A DNA stretch of 64,000 nt. Origin: a virus (Duplodnaviria > Caudoviricetes). This document shows, piece by piece, positions 18,568 through 27,552 of this stretch; position 1 is the stretch's first letter, and each line of letters begins with the position of its first letter. A program made the position numbers and the translations under genes. The DNA lies in IMG/VR virus record IMGVR_UViG_3300014204_000146, positions 1 to 64,000 of that record. One strand, written 5' to 3'. The notes under the pieces were generated by a model. That model did not search any database. It was not told the origin of the DNA and saw nothing but the letters and a program-made list of their open reading frames with translations.

Positions 18568-19161
18568 ATGACACAGGATTTCAATAAAGTAGTAGATTCA
18601 GGTAAAAGACAGGAATTTAATACTGGAAGTGTGCGCGATACAGCCGAAGGAAAAGGAACTCCACATTTGCTCGCAGGGGAAGCACTTCAAAGAATTTTAA
18701 ATCAATCCATGCCCTACGATGCGACTATTTCTTATTTAAAACAAATAGAAACAAATTTATTAGAATATGGAATTGTTAAACAAGCCAGAACCGACGGAGT
18801 GAATTTGTTATATACGGCTGGAAATCTTTGTTTAACATATATAAACAAAATAGAATCTGTTCCTTATTCTGGAGCGTTCAGGAGGTTATCTAAACATTAT
18901 GAGAACGGGGCAAAAAAATATGACAAAAACAACTGGCGCAAAGGGCAGCCAATTAGTAGATATTATGATTCTGCCATGCGCCATCTTTGGGCTGAATTCG
19001 ATGGAAAGACTGATGAAGACCATGCAGCAGCAATATTTTGGAACATTGTTGCTATGATTCAAACCAAGCTTGATATAGCACATGGATATTTGCCTAAAGA
19101 ATTGGACGATTATCCATTTACTGTTGAAGAAGTATTCGGAAAGAAAAATGACAAAGTATAA
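18568..19161 (+). CDS. dATP/dGTP diphosphohydrolase domain protein (DUF5664-like)
   Basis: SG.R.EF.TG.VRD, GAKKYDKNNWRKG, DSAMRH and EDHAAA..WN motifs. Confidence 0.85.
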   Translation: MTQDFNKVVDSGKRQEFNTGSVRDTAEGKGTPHLLAGEALQRILNQSMPYDATISYLKQIETNLLEYGIVKQARTDGVNLLYTAGNLCLTYINKIESVPYSGAFRRLSKHYENGAKKYDKNNWRKGQPISRYYDSAMRHLWAEFDGKTDEDHAAAIFWNIVAMIQTKLDIAHGYLPKELDDYPFTVEEVFGKKNDKV

Positions 19162-19256
19162 AGAAGGATTAGCCTGGGGAGCCATCATAGCATTATTTTG
19201 TGTTAATATACTCCTCGGATTGTTAGTTTTATATTTTTGGTAAATTAGGAGGAAAA

Positions 19257-19709
19257 ATGCGTTATACTGAACCGAGTGAATATTTTAAGAACAATGAAAT
19301 AATGGAATTGCTTGAAGATTGTAAGTCGTCTTTTGCAGAAATACGCAGTTATAGAGATAAGTTTCGCGAACGTGGATTTGTTGATATTGACGATTATGCT
19401 GCTGCCTTGGACGTTCTGACTGGATTGTATATGTTTGTCGAAGAGATTTATTCTTTAGCACAAGCATATAAAGAAATCTGCGAAGATGAAGCACATCATG
19501 ATTTACGATTAGAAGCAGAAAAGAGCGGGACAAAAATTACCGCAGATGCTTTAAAAGTAGAAGCACATCGAAGTGTAAGTTTGATTATCCGAGTGAGAAA
19601 TGAAGTAGAGGCGCATAAAAATTCATGTGAAAAAGCAATTATAACCATCCAATCAAATCTCAATCGCATGACCAGACAACAGCCCGGTTCTGGTGGAGGA
19701 AATAAATAA
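19257..19709 (+). CDS. Helical coiled-coil protein (possibly recombination mediator-like)
   Basis: All-helical; KITADALK motif; lies in the replication block. Confidence 0.45.
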   Translation: MRYTEPSEYFKNNEIMELLEDCKSSFAEIRSYRDKFRERGFVDIDDYAAALDVLTGLYMFVEEIYSLAQAYKEICEDEAHHDLRLEAEKSGTKITADALKVEAHRSVSLIIRVRNEVEAHKNSCEKAIITIQSNLNRMTRQQPGSGGGNK

Positions 19710-20299
19710 TGAATAAGAATGTCCTAATAAAAGAGCTTGGATATATTCAAGACATAAAAATACACGAATGGACAGCCAAGACCTTGCAGAACGCTCCTGA
19801 TTATTTCTTTACTGCATCTGCATCCAGTACAGGAAAATATCATCCTCCCTGTACACTTGGAGAAGGTGGCTTAATCGTTCACGTCCAACGAGCCGTATTC
19901 TTTGCTAATCGTTTATGCTCAGGACAGGGTGTGGTGGGAAGGAATAGAGATATTGTATTATCTGCTACAATTCTCCATGATATTGCAAAGACTGGACAGG
20001 GTTCTGGGGCTTATTCTGATTATGTTAATCATCCGATAAATGCAATAAAATATTTATATGGAGTTATTGTCGATGGAACAACGTTAAAAACAACGAACGC
20101 GGGTTTGGATTTAGGCAGTATAGTAGAAATTTATGACTGTATTCGCTTCCACATGACACTCTGGAGCCCGGAAAATATTAAGAAGCCGATTGAGCATTAT
20201 ACACAGCTGGAATTGATTGTAGGAACTGCGGATTATCTTGCAGCCACCAAAGAAGTAATTACACCAGAAGACGGAAAGAGGACTGAAAGTGGCAAATAA
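19709..20299 (+). CDS. HD-domain phosphohydrolase
   Basis: ASSTGKYHP, GGLIVH, LHDIAK, H, HM and ADY motifs. Confidence 0.88.
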   Translation: MNKNVLIKELGYIQDIKIHEWTAKTLQNAPDYFFTASASSTGKYHPPCTLGEGGLIVHVQRAVFFANRLCSGQGVVGRNRDIVLSATILHDIAKTGQGSGAYSDYVNHPINAIKYLYGVIVDGTTLKTTNAGLDLGSIVEIYDCIRFHMTLWSPENIKKPIEHYTQLELIVGTADYLAATKEVITPEDGKRTESGK

Positions 20300-21560
20300 A
20301 GTAGTGGTGATAGATTTAGGATTTCTTTGTTTTATGGCAATTCTAACTTTCCGCAAGACCTATACTATTCCTGCGGGTTATAATTATTTGAGCATGATTA
20401 TAGCTCGCTTGGGAATTATTGGTATTGATTTTGATGATTTAATTATTTTAGCAAAGGATTCAAGGGAAGGAAGTTGGCGCAAAAATATCGTGTCGGAATA
20501 TAAAGCTCAAAGAAAAGAAGCCCGTGAAAAACAAGAAGATAAAGATTGGTGGGATGAAATGTTTCGCGAAATAAACATTGTCAGTGATAAAATCAACGCA
20601 TATACATGCTGGCATGTGGTAGAACTTCCGAGAATGGAATGTGATGACATTGCATCTGTAGCCTGTAGAACGTTTCCTAACAAAGAGGTCATTCTTTGTT
20701 TGGGAGGAAGTACACATATAAAAATGTCGTCAGGTCGTAGTAAATTTATACAACACATTAAACCTGGAGATGAGATTTTAAGTTATGATAAAAAACTTAA
20801 TAAATTTAAAAATGTTTTAGTAAAAAAAACCTGGAAAATAAAAAAAACAGAAGTTGTCGATATTTATTTTAAAAACAATACGCAAAAATCTATAAGATGT
20901 GGAGTTGAACATAAGTTTTATACTAAAAATGGCTGGAAAGAAGCAAAACAATTGAGTGCTGGTGATGAAATTTTTTATAATGGCTCTACATATTCTCTTC
21001 ATATTGACAAAATGGAAAACACTTTAAAATTTTTTAGTATTGTTAAACCAGCGATATTAAGGAAATATCCAAAATGGAATTATTTTGCTAATTATCTCTG
21101 CAATGGTAAAAAAATAAGTAAAATAATTATAAAAAAATCAAAAACGCGTCCTTTTATTTTATATGATATAGAAGTTGAATCTCCCCATACTTATTTTGCT
21201 GATGGCTTGTTGACTCATAACTGTACCAGCGATTCTGATTGGAAGATGTTGCTCTCGTACCCAAATGTCCGGCTACTCTCTACCAAAACAAAAAAGTGGG
21301 TAGAGGTTCCTAATCCAGAAAAAATTCTCAAAGATAAGATTTTTAAAGGAGATGTAGCCGATAATCTCAAAGGTAGACCGAAAACCGAATTAGACTTAGA
21401 GAATCGTCGTACTGTCGTTAATTTGCTCGAATTGCCCGATTATATCGAGCAGCCGATAAAAGAAGTATTGTGGACACTTCCACAAAAAAATATGGTCTGG
21501 GATAGAATACCTTTTAAATCGTTAAGACCTCGCATACGAAAATTATATGGAGGAACGTAA
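20289..21560 (+). CDS. 5'-3' exonuclease/flap endonuclease (T4 RNase H-like), intein-containing
   Basis: VIDL, D...SWRK...YK..R, ECDD, SDSD and GDVADN motifs. Confidence 0.88.
   Translation: MANKVVVIDLGFLCFMAILTFRKTYTIPAGYNYLSMIIARLGIIGIDFDDLIILAKDSREGSWRKNIVSEYKAQRKEAREKQEDKDWWDEMFREINIVSDKINAYTCWHVVELPRMECDDIASVACRTFPNKEVILCLGGSTHIKMSSGRSKFIQHIKPGDEILSYDKKLNKFKNVLVKKTWKIKKTEVVDIYFKNNTQKSIRCGVEHKFYTKNGWKEAKQLSAGDEIFYNGSTYSLHIDKMENTLKFFSIVKPAILRKYPKWNYFANYLCNGKKISKIIIKKSKTRPFILYDIEVESPHTYFADGLLTHNCTSDSDWKMLLSYPNVRLLSTKTKKWVEVPNPEKILKDKIFKGDVADNLKGRPKTELDLENRRTVVNLLELPDYIEQPIKEVLWTLPQKNMVWDRIPFKSLRPRIRKLYGGT
20697..21221 (+). mobile_element. Mini-intein (175 aa) in the exonuclease
   Basis: Starts CLGGST, block B EHKFY, ends YDIEV...YFADGLLTHN followed by Cys; no LAGLIDADG. 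Confidence 0.92.
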
Positions 21561-21707
21561 TGAGTAAAGAATATACTTGTGGTTATTGCAGGGACTGTAA
21601 AAGATATACAGCTTTATTAAATAAACGCTGTAAAGAATGTAACGAAAAACTACAACAAATTCCAGATTTTTTAAAAAATTTAATGAACGGAACAGACGGA
21701 CAATGAT

Positions 21708-21950
21708 ATGAAAAAACAAACACTTAAAATAGAAATTTATGAATTGTTGATGGATGCTGGAAAAGATTATTCTAAGTGGGATACAGTTAACAAAATTATG
21801 GAAGCAATCAACAAACGAGCAAACAAAATAGACGTAGGAGAGTGTATAAAAACTTTGATGTGGGATGCAGATAAAAGACATCATCAAAGTCTTTCTTATG
21901 GAGATATAAGCGAATATATAGAAAATAAAATTGCCGAGGAGTTTAAATGA
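21708..21950 (+). CDS. Hypothetical protein
   Basis: Packing and composition. Confidence 0.55.
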   Translation: MKKQTLKIEIYELLMDAGKDYSKWDTVNKIMEAINKRANKIDVGECIKTLMWDADKRHHQSLSYGDISEYIENKIAEEFK

Positions 21951-22891
21951 ACAGACAAGATATTGAAAAACTCAAAAATAAAATAGAAAAATACTACTGG
22001 AAGAATGACCAACGTATCTCCGTTTCTACATATTATGCTATGTATGGAGATAAACGAGATTCTGGTTTTGAAATTTATTTGTGGGATAAAAAAGCAAATG
22101 TCGGGGAAACATATCTATTTCAAATAAAAAATTATAATGAATTTTATACTGTAATCGAGAATCCAGATAGAGCTCCTTCTAATTTGTGGGATGGATGTAG
22201 AGTTTCTTATGCTCCTGATTTTATTAATGGAGAGTATGGATTTGTATTTTGTTTGGCAAAATTTGATGGCATTACAAAAGAGGATATTTTAAAAGCATTA
22301 TCAAAATTTATTAGAGACGAATTGGGATTATGGCTTATTTTCAATTTTGAATGGGTAGAACAGAAAGAAGATTTTTTAATTGAAGAATCGTCAATAAAAA
22401 TTTCAGAACAAAGTTTTAATTGGTTTAAAAATGTTTTAAAAGCTTCTCCAAAAAAAATAAAAAAATTATATCGCGAGCTTCTTATCGCCAAAGAAAAATG
22501 TCCAGAACCTGACAAAACTGGAATATCTTGCTCACAAGGAGTTGCTTGTGATGCGTGTCATTTGAATAAAGATTTTATACAACAAGAAAAAAGATGTCCT
22601 GATTGTTTGATAAAAGCGAATTGTCCTTATAACCAATTGTTTGATGGAGAGTGCGGAGCTTTTCAATTTAAATATTGCACTCATTTTGATGGAGGACTTT
22701 GTTATAATAAAGAAGAATTTCCAAATGGAGTTCCTACTGAAATAAGCTCAGTTTATTGCGACAATGAATGTAAGTATCATAAAAGACAGAATAACATTAC
22801 AGTATCTGGTATATGTAATTATGGAACTAACTGTGATGATTGTGGATATAAAAATGAAGGATGTGGTTCTTTTCCGGGAGAGCACATATGA
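21947..22891 (+). CDS. Hypothetical protein with Cys-rich C-terminal third
   Basis: ATGA overlaps; many CxxC motifs. Confidence 0.65.
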   Translation: MNRQDIEKLKNKIEKYYWKNDQRISVSTYYAMYGDKRDSGFEIYLWDKKANVGETYLFQIKNYNEFYTVIENPDRAPSNLWDGCRVSYAPDFINGEYGFVFCLAKFDGITKEDILKALSKFIRDELGLWLIFNFEWVEQKEDFLIEESSIKISEQSFNWFKNVLKASPKKIKKLYRELLIAKEKCPEPDKTGISCSQGVACDACHLNKDFIQQEKRCPDCLIKANCPYNQLFDGECGAFQFKYCTHFDGGLCYNKEEFPNGVPTEISSVYCDNECKYHKRQNNITVSGICNYGTNCDDCGYKNEGCGSFPGEHI

Positions 22892-23169
22892 AAACTGTAG
22901 ACTTTAAAAGGTTATTTAAAAGCATTGATGAAGCTCGTAAAATTCACAAAGGTACAATGAAACCAAGTAGAAAATTTACTTTCAAAACCACAGTAGTTAA
23001 ATTTAGTCGTCAGGAATGGAAAGAACGAAGATTAGGATTGTCCATACGGGAAAGGCTCTCATTAGTTTTAGAATTGAGATTAAGAAGATTGGTTTCTTTA
23101 TATTCAATTACATACAAAGAAATAATCAAGAACAATGAAGAAATAGTATTTAAAGTTTGGTATAAATAA
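22888..23169 (+). CDS. Small basic protein with HigA/NadS-antitoxin-like N-terminal helix
   Basis: FKRLFKSIDEARKIHKGTMKPSRKF resembles antitoxin N-termini; no Cro-type HTH recognisable. Confidence 0.45.
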   Translation: MKTVDFKRLFKSIDEARKIHKGTMKPSRKFTFKTTVVKFSRQEWKERRLGLSIRERLSLVLELRLRRLVSLYSITYKEIIKNNEEIVFKVWYK

Positions 23170-23458
23170 GCATAAGTTTTAAAATTTGAAAGGAGGTAAT
23201 AATATGGATAAAGAACAAGGAATGACGTTAGCAATCGTCGCAGGAGCTACAATATTGTGTCTATTTTTATTTGTCGGAAGACATTATGTTATATTAGGAG
23301 CAGAAGTAGTTGCAGCAACTACGTATTTTTATTTTAAACTTAGCAAATAATAAACCTGAGACAGAAAACAATAACCGGGTATGAGACGTTGTTCTCAAAC
23401 ACTCGTAATGAGAGTAGTCGAGCCGGAGATTCTCTCAGTCTCTTATAAAGGAGGATGA

Positions 23459-23899
23459 ATGGCAGAAATAAAGGGTGTGTTACAATGTAAAGCAGGAAGT
23501 GGTTTAGCTTTTAAAATGGGAGATGAATGGTATGATGTTAAAGTCGAACCAGCACTCACTCAACTTAAAAGCGCAGAAAGAGGAAAAACATATCTTTTCG
23601 TTTATGATGTCAACGGAAAGAAAAAAATCGTTTCGAGTATTTTATCTATCACAGTAGACAGCGCTCCAGAAACAAAGTATCCCAATACCCCTCCACCAGC
23701 ACCTAAATCAGATGCCGGAACGGTGGTAGACAAAGGAAACAAATACAATCCTGATATTCAGGAACGTATTACTCGCGGTAATGCAGCAAACGCAGCCGGA
23801 GCAGCATTGTCTGGAAATTTTAGTTCTTCAGACCCGGAAGCTTTAGCTGAAGCTTTGATTATTCTTGCATTACGTATCGAGAAATACATTAGAGGCTAA
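23459..23899 (+). CDS. Putative OB-fold ssDNA-binding/annealing-associated protein
   Basis: Strong SD AAGGAGG; beta-rich N-terminus, Pro linker, helical C-terminus. Confidence 0.4.
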   Translation: MAEIKGVLQCKAGSGLAFKMGDEWYDVKVEPALTQLKSAERGKTYLFVYDVNGKKKIVSSILSITVDSAPETKYPNTPPPAPKSDAGTVVDKGNKYNPDIQERITRGNAANAAGAALSGNFSSSDPEALAEALIILALRIEKYIRG

Positions 23900-23906
23900 G
23901 ATTAAA

Positions 23907-23989
23907 GAGAATTGTGGTGTAAGTACGGTATAAACACGCCGGACGTTAGCTCGGAGATGTAGATTTGCGGAAATCTACCAATTCTCACC
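23907..23989 (+). tRNA. Non-canonical tRNA-like element (degenerate Asn-GUU-like), ending ACC
   Basis: 8-bp acceptor GAGAATTG/CAATTCTC, D-stem GTGT/ACAC, CCGG/TCGG anticodon stem, extended T-arm GTAGATTT/AAATCTAC. Confidence 0.6.
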
Positions 23990-23997
23990 TTTAATTA

Positions 23998-24117
23998 GAG
24001 ATAATGATAGTATGTAGGCGCTATATAAATAACTATATCCGTTAGCTACGGTTAGCATAACTAATCACTGTTATGGGCGGAATAGCAGGTGAAAAAGTGG
24101 AAGTCCTGCTTATCTCT
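23998..24117 (+). ncRNA. tRNA-shaped ncRNA with branched 60-nt central domain
   Basis: Acceptor GAGATAA/TTATCTC, D-stem ATAG/CTAT, T-stem GCAGG/CCTGC; central C(TACG)G hairpin and CATAAC/GTTATG hairpin. Confidence 0.55.
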
Positions 24118-24161
24118 TTTATTTAGATAGAATATTTAAACTGGTTCTTCTTGGAGGTCAT

Positions 24162-26045
24162 GTGAGTACAATTTACGATAGAATATTAGATTATCTCAAA
24201 AAGAACAATCCTCAGATAGAAATCAAATCTTATAAGGGCGAGTTTACCATTGCGTGTCCTTATCCTCACAAAAACAAATCTGCCCCGACCGCCACTATTA
24301 TACATTATGAGGCAGACAAACCTAAATTTCACTGTCCTGTTTGCGGTAAAAAACAAAATATTTTTGATTTGGTACGTGGATTAGAACCTGATAAAAATAA
24401 TTGGTCAGATGCACAAATCTCAGAATACCTTGATAAATTGTTAGAAGCAAATCTTTATCCTGAATTAGATAATTATAAGGAAAGAAATTGGACACTTACC
24501 TATGTAGGAAGAAACTCCAACGAACCAATTGAAAGAGATAGAAATCTCAAAACCCACTATGATAAAATCGAGTGGATTCGTTGGTTAAACGCAGGATATA
24601 ATATTGCTTTGGTAACTGGAAAGGTAAGTCAGGCTACTGCGATAGATATTGATGTGAATAAGCTACATTTAGTGAAGCCGGAAGACATGTCTTTGCGTGA
24701 GGAAATTATTAAAATGCTCGATGCACAGAATACTTTAGCAGCTATCTCAGCTCACAAAGGCACTCATTATGTTTTTCAGTATGAGTCGGAGTTCGCCAGT
24801 CCGGTTAATTTAGGAGGACTTCAGCTTGATATTCGTAATGATAATTTCACATTAGTAATTCAACCTTCAAAGATAGATGGTGCTCAATATACCTGGAAAG
24901 ACATCAATGCTCCGATTCAAAAGATGTCTCCTGAACTTAAAGCTAAGTTGTTGTCTCTCAAAAAAGTAGATGAAGGCAGAAACTCAATAAATTTAGATTC
25001 TTTGCCGATAGAAGACGGCATGAGACAAGTTCACGAAGGACAGGGAAGAAATTCTTTGTTGGTATCATTGGGAGGAGTAGTTTCTAAAATAATCCCGGAG
25101 ATGGATAAATGTGCTCAGATTTTATATTTGATTTCTAAAACTTTCTTTGTACCTCCCACACCAAAACCAGAAATTATTGAGATGGTAAAAAAACTTACAG
25201 ATTATCGCAAAGATGATAACGAAACACAGGAACAGGCTGTTTGGGATTATTGTAAACAAATGGAAACAGACCTTCATCCAGCCGATGTTGCCAGAGCGGT
25301 TTTTAATAATGACCTAAGTAAAAAAGATGTAGTATATACATATTTTTCAAAGTGGGTTATGGAAGGTAAACTAACAAGAGAAGGACGAGGGCGATATAAG
25401 GTCAGACAAGTAATTGCTTGGACAGATAAACCGCCTGACAATATTTCTGAACTTCCTTATAAAATACCTTATTTTCAGAATGTAGCATATTTTCAAGAGG
25501 GAGATATTTTTATTATTGGCGCTTATATGAATCAAGGAAAGACAACGTTAGCTTTAAATTTATTAAAAGGTTTTGTTGACCAAGGAATAAAACCGTATTA
25601 TCTTTATACAGAAGCCGGGTCTCGATTTGATAAGACTTCAGCAGTATTAGGAATTAAAGGAAAGTTCTGGAGATATTGCCATCCAGACCCTACTACAATT
25701 GAACTGGAGGCAGATGCTGTTACAATTATTGATTGGTTGTTTATTGGAGATAAATCAAAGACAGATTCTTTCTTAGGAGAACTCAACAAACAGATGCAAA
25801 AGAAAAAAGGATTGTTGATTATCATGGCACAGATAAGACAGGACAATACGTGGTTTGCGCCAGATTTAATCAATCAATTTCCAACCTATGCCGGAAGATA
25901 TATACGAGATAGCGCGGATGGAAAAGACAATCATTTTGACTTCGACAAGATAAAAGAACCAAAAGGCAATTTTCAAACTCGTAGAATTAATTTTGTTTAT
26001 GACTATCCGACTAAACTTATTTTGCCAAAGGACGAGCCATGCTAA
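24162..26045 (+). CDS. Primase-helicase (Zn-binding domain, bifunctional Prim-Pol, PriCT, wHTH, RecA/DnaB-like ATPase)
   Basis: CPYPH...CPVC; NIALVTG...IDID, GTHYVF, LDIR; GRNSLL; GKTT and IIDWL. Confidence 0.85.
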   Translation: MSTIYDRILDYLKKNNPQIEIKSYKGEFTIACPYPHKNKSAPTATIIHYEADKPKFHCPVCGKKQNIFDLVRGLEPDKNNWSDAQISEYLDKLLEANLYPELDNYKERNWTLTYVGRNSNEPIERDRNLKTHYDKIEWIRWLNAGYNIALVTGKVSQATAIDIDVNKLHLVKPEDMSLREEIIKMLDAQNTLAAISAHKGTHYVFQYESEFASPVNLGGLQLDIRNDNFTLVIQPSKIDGAQYTWKDINAPIQKMSPELKAKLLSLKKVDEGRNSINLDSLPIEDGMRQVHEGQGRNSLLVSLGGVVSKIIPEMDKCAQILYLISKTFFVPPTPKPEIIEMVKKLTDYRKDDNETQEQAVWDYCKQMETDLHPADVARAVFNNDLSKKDVVYTYFSKWVMEGKLTREGRGRYKVRQVIAWTDKPPDNISELPYKIPYFQNVAYFQEGDIFIIGAYMNQGKTTLALNLLKGFVDQGIKPYYLYTEAGSRFDKTSAVLGIKGKFWRYCHPDPTTIELEADAVTIIDWLFIGDKSKTDSFLGELNKQMQKKKGLLIIMAQIRQDNTWFAPDLINQFPTYAGRYIRDSADGKDNHFDFDKIKEPKGNFQTRRINFVYDYPTKLILPKDEPC

Positions 26046-26202
26046 ACTATCTTAACAAACAAATTGACCAGTTAGTGAATATATGTTTGGTATTGATAAG
26101 TATAATTACATTTTTTCTCTTATTGGGGCTGTGGAAATTTGGAGAAATTGTTATATGGATAATAAGATTATTGATTAAATTAATTTTTAAAGGAGGATAA
26201 TC

Positions 26203-26490
26203 ATGTTTTTTTGTAGAAACCATTCTTACGTGGTATTTTTTTGGAATAAAAAAAGATGTCCTGTTTGTAGCGACCTCGATGCTTATGGACGTATACATGC
26301 CGGATTAATAACAGAAAAAATGGAATTTGAAAATGATTTACAGAAACTTGCAGAAAAAATTGTTTATTTAGAAGAAGAAAAAAGGAGCTTGGAAAATGAA
26401 GCATGGAATTTAAAACAAGAAACAAATCAACTTAAAATAGATTTACAGGGTGTGGAGATGCGCTTAGCGCAGAAAGAAAAGAATGGATAA
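26203..26490 (+). CDS. Zn-finger/coiled-coil protein
   Basis: SD AAGGAGG; FC..H...CPVC followed by heptads. Confidence 0.6.
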   Translation: MFFCRNHSYVVFFWNKKRCPVCSDLDAYGRIHAGLITEKMEFENDLQKLAEKIVYLEEEKRSLENEAWNLKQETNQLKIDLQGVEMRLAQKEKNG

Positions 26491-27064
26491 CAGCCTCGTA
26501 CCTATTATAAAAGAGCTGGAAAGAGTTTATGATTATTTGGCTAAAGAATTCAATTTAACAGCAGACCGTCCGGTTCTTACTGTTCAAACCCGCAGCCGTC
26601 AGAAGAATACTCTCGGCTGGTTCTGGCATGATAAATGGAATCTCGATAAAAAAGATATTCCCGAAATAAATATATGTGCTGAGAATTTGAATAAAAATCC
26701 GATAGAGACCTTGGTACATGAGATGGTACATTATTCGTTGCATGTGGAGAAGGTTGATGACTGCAACGCGCAAGGCTACCACAATAAACACTTCAAAGCG
26801 CGAGCTGAATTGTACGGTTTAAACGTAGAAAAGAGCGGAAGACATGGATGGGCGTTTACTTCTATTTCTCCCAAGCTCGAAGACTTGTTAAAAAAGATAG
26901 AAATAAATTATGAAACATTTAAGATGGTAAGAAACATTACCTCCACCACGGTCGCTCCTACAAAGATGAAGAAGTGGACTTGTGATTGTACAACTGTACG
27001 TTGCGCGACTGATTTAAAAGCTAAATGTAACTCTTGTGGAAAAGATTTTAACGAGGAAGAATAA
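26483..27064 (+). CDS. SprT-like zinc metalloprotease domain protein
   Basis: TLVHEMVH, YHNKHFK and C-terminal CxC...CxxC. Confidence 0.88.
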   Translation: MDNSLVPIIKELERVYDYLAKEFNLTADRPVLTVQTRSRQKNTLGWFWHDKWNLDKKDIPEINICAENLNKNPIETLVHEMVHYSLHVEKVDDCNAQGYHNKHFKARAELYGLNVEKSGRHGWAFTSISPKLEDLLKKIEINYETFKMVRNITSTTVAPTKMKKWTCDCTTVRCATDLKAKCNSCGKDFNEEE

Positions 27065-27215
27065 ATGTTAAGACATTCTTTTAAATATCGAAAGGCTAAT
27101 TCTTGGATGGGAAGGTTCGGGGGTGGATGGCAATGGAAACTCGGAATTCAACAAGGTGGAAATAGTTTACTTATTAGTTTATTAATTTGTGAAATTTATT
27201 TTTGGATTGAATAAC

Positions 27216-27551
27216 ATGAGCACATACGAAAAAGGATTACAATTAGCATGTCTCATTGCCGAATGGCTCAAGCCCATTGATAAGAGAGCTCGTCCGACTA
27301 AAGGCAGTGGAAATAAAGGACAAGTAGCCGACGTACAAAATAAATATTTCATAATTGAGGCAAAGAATTGGGACGTTGGCAATATCATCATAGATAAAGG
27401 AATCTGGGATAAGTTATTGTCAGAGGTTCCGTCTTCATCTCAACGGTTGCCGATGCTTGTTCAGCAGAACGCACAGGGGGATATTGTAGTAAGTATGAGG
27501 ATTCAGGATATATTTTCAATTATTTATCAAGCATATCCAAAGGACGAATAA
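27216..27551 (+). CDS. Hjc-like resolvase, paralog 2
   Basis: KG...RP..GSG...ADV...IEAKNW. Confidence 0.75.
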   Translation: MSTYEKGLQLACLIAEWLKPIDKRARPTKGSGNKGQVADVQNKYFIIEAKNWDVGNIIIDKGIWDKLLSEVPSSSQRLPMLVQQNAQGDIVVSMRIQDIFSIIYQAYPKDE

Positions 27552-27552
27552 A

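Noticed and set aside
17237-20299. Z-genome (2-aminoadenine) claim
   Set aside because: No purZ in the window; DUF5664 and HD genes alone are insufficient.
23356-23442. Canonical hammerhead ribozyme
   Set aside because: The CUGAUGA and GAAA core nucleotides are not present; kept only as a generic structured leader.
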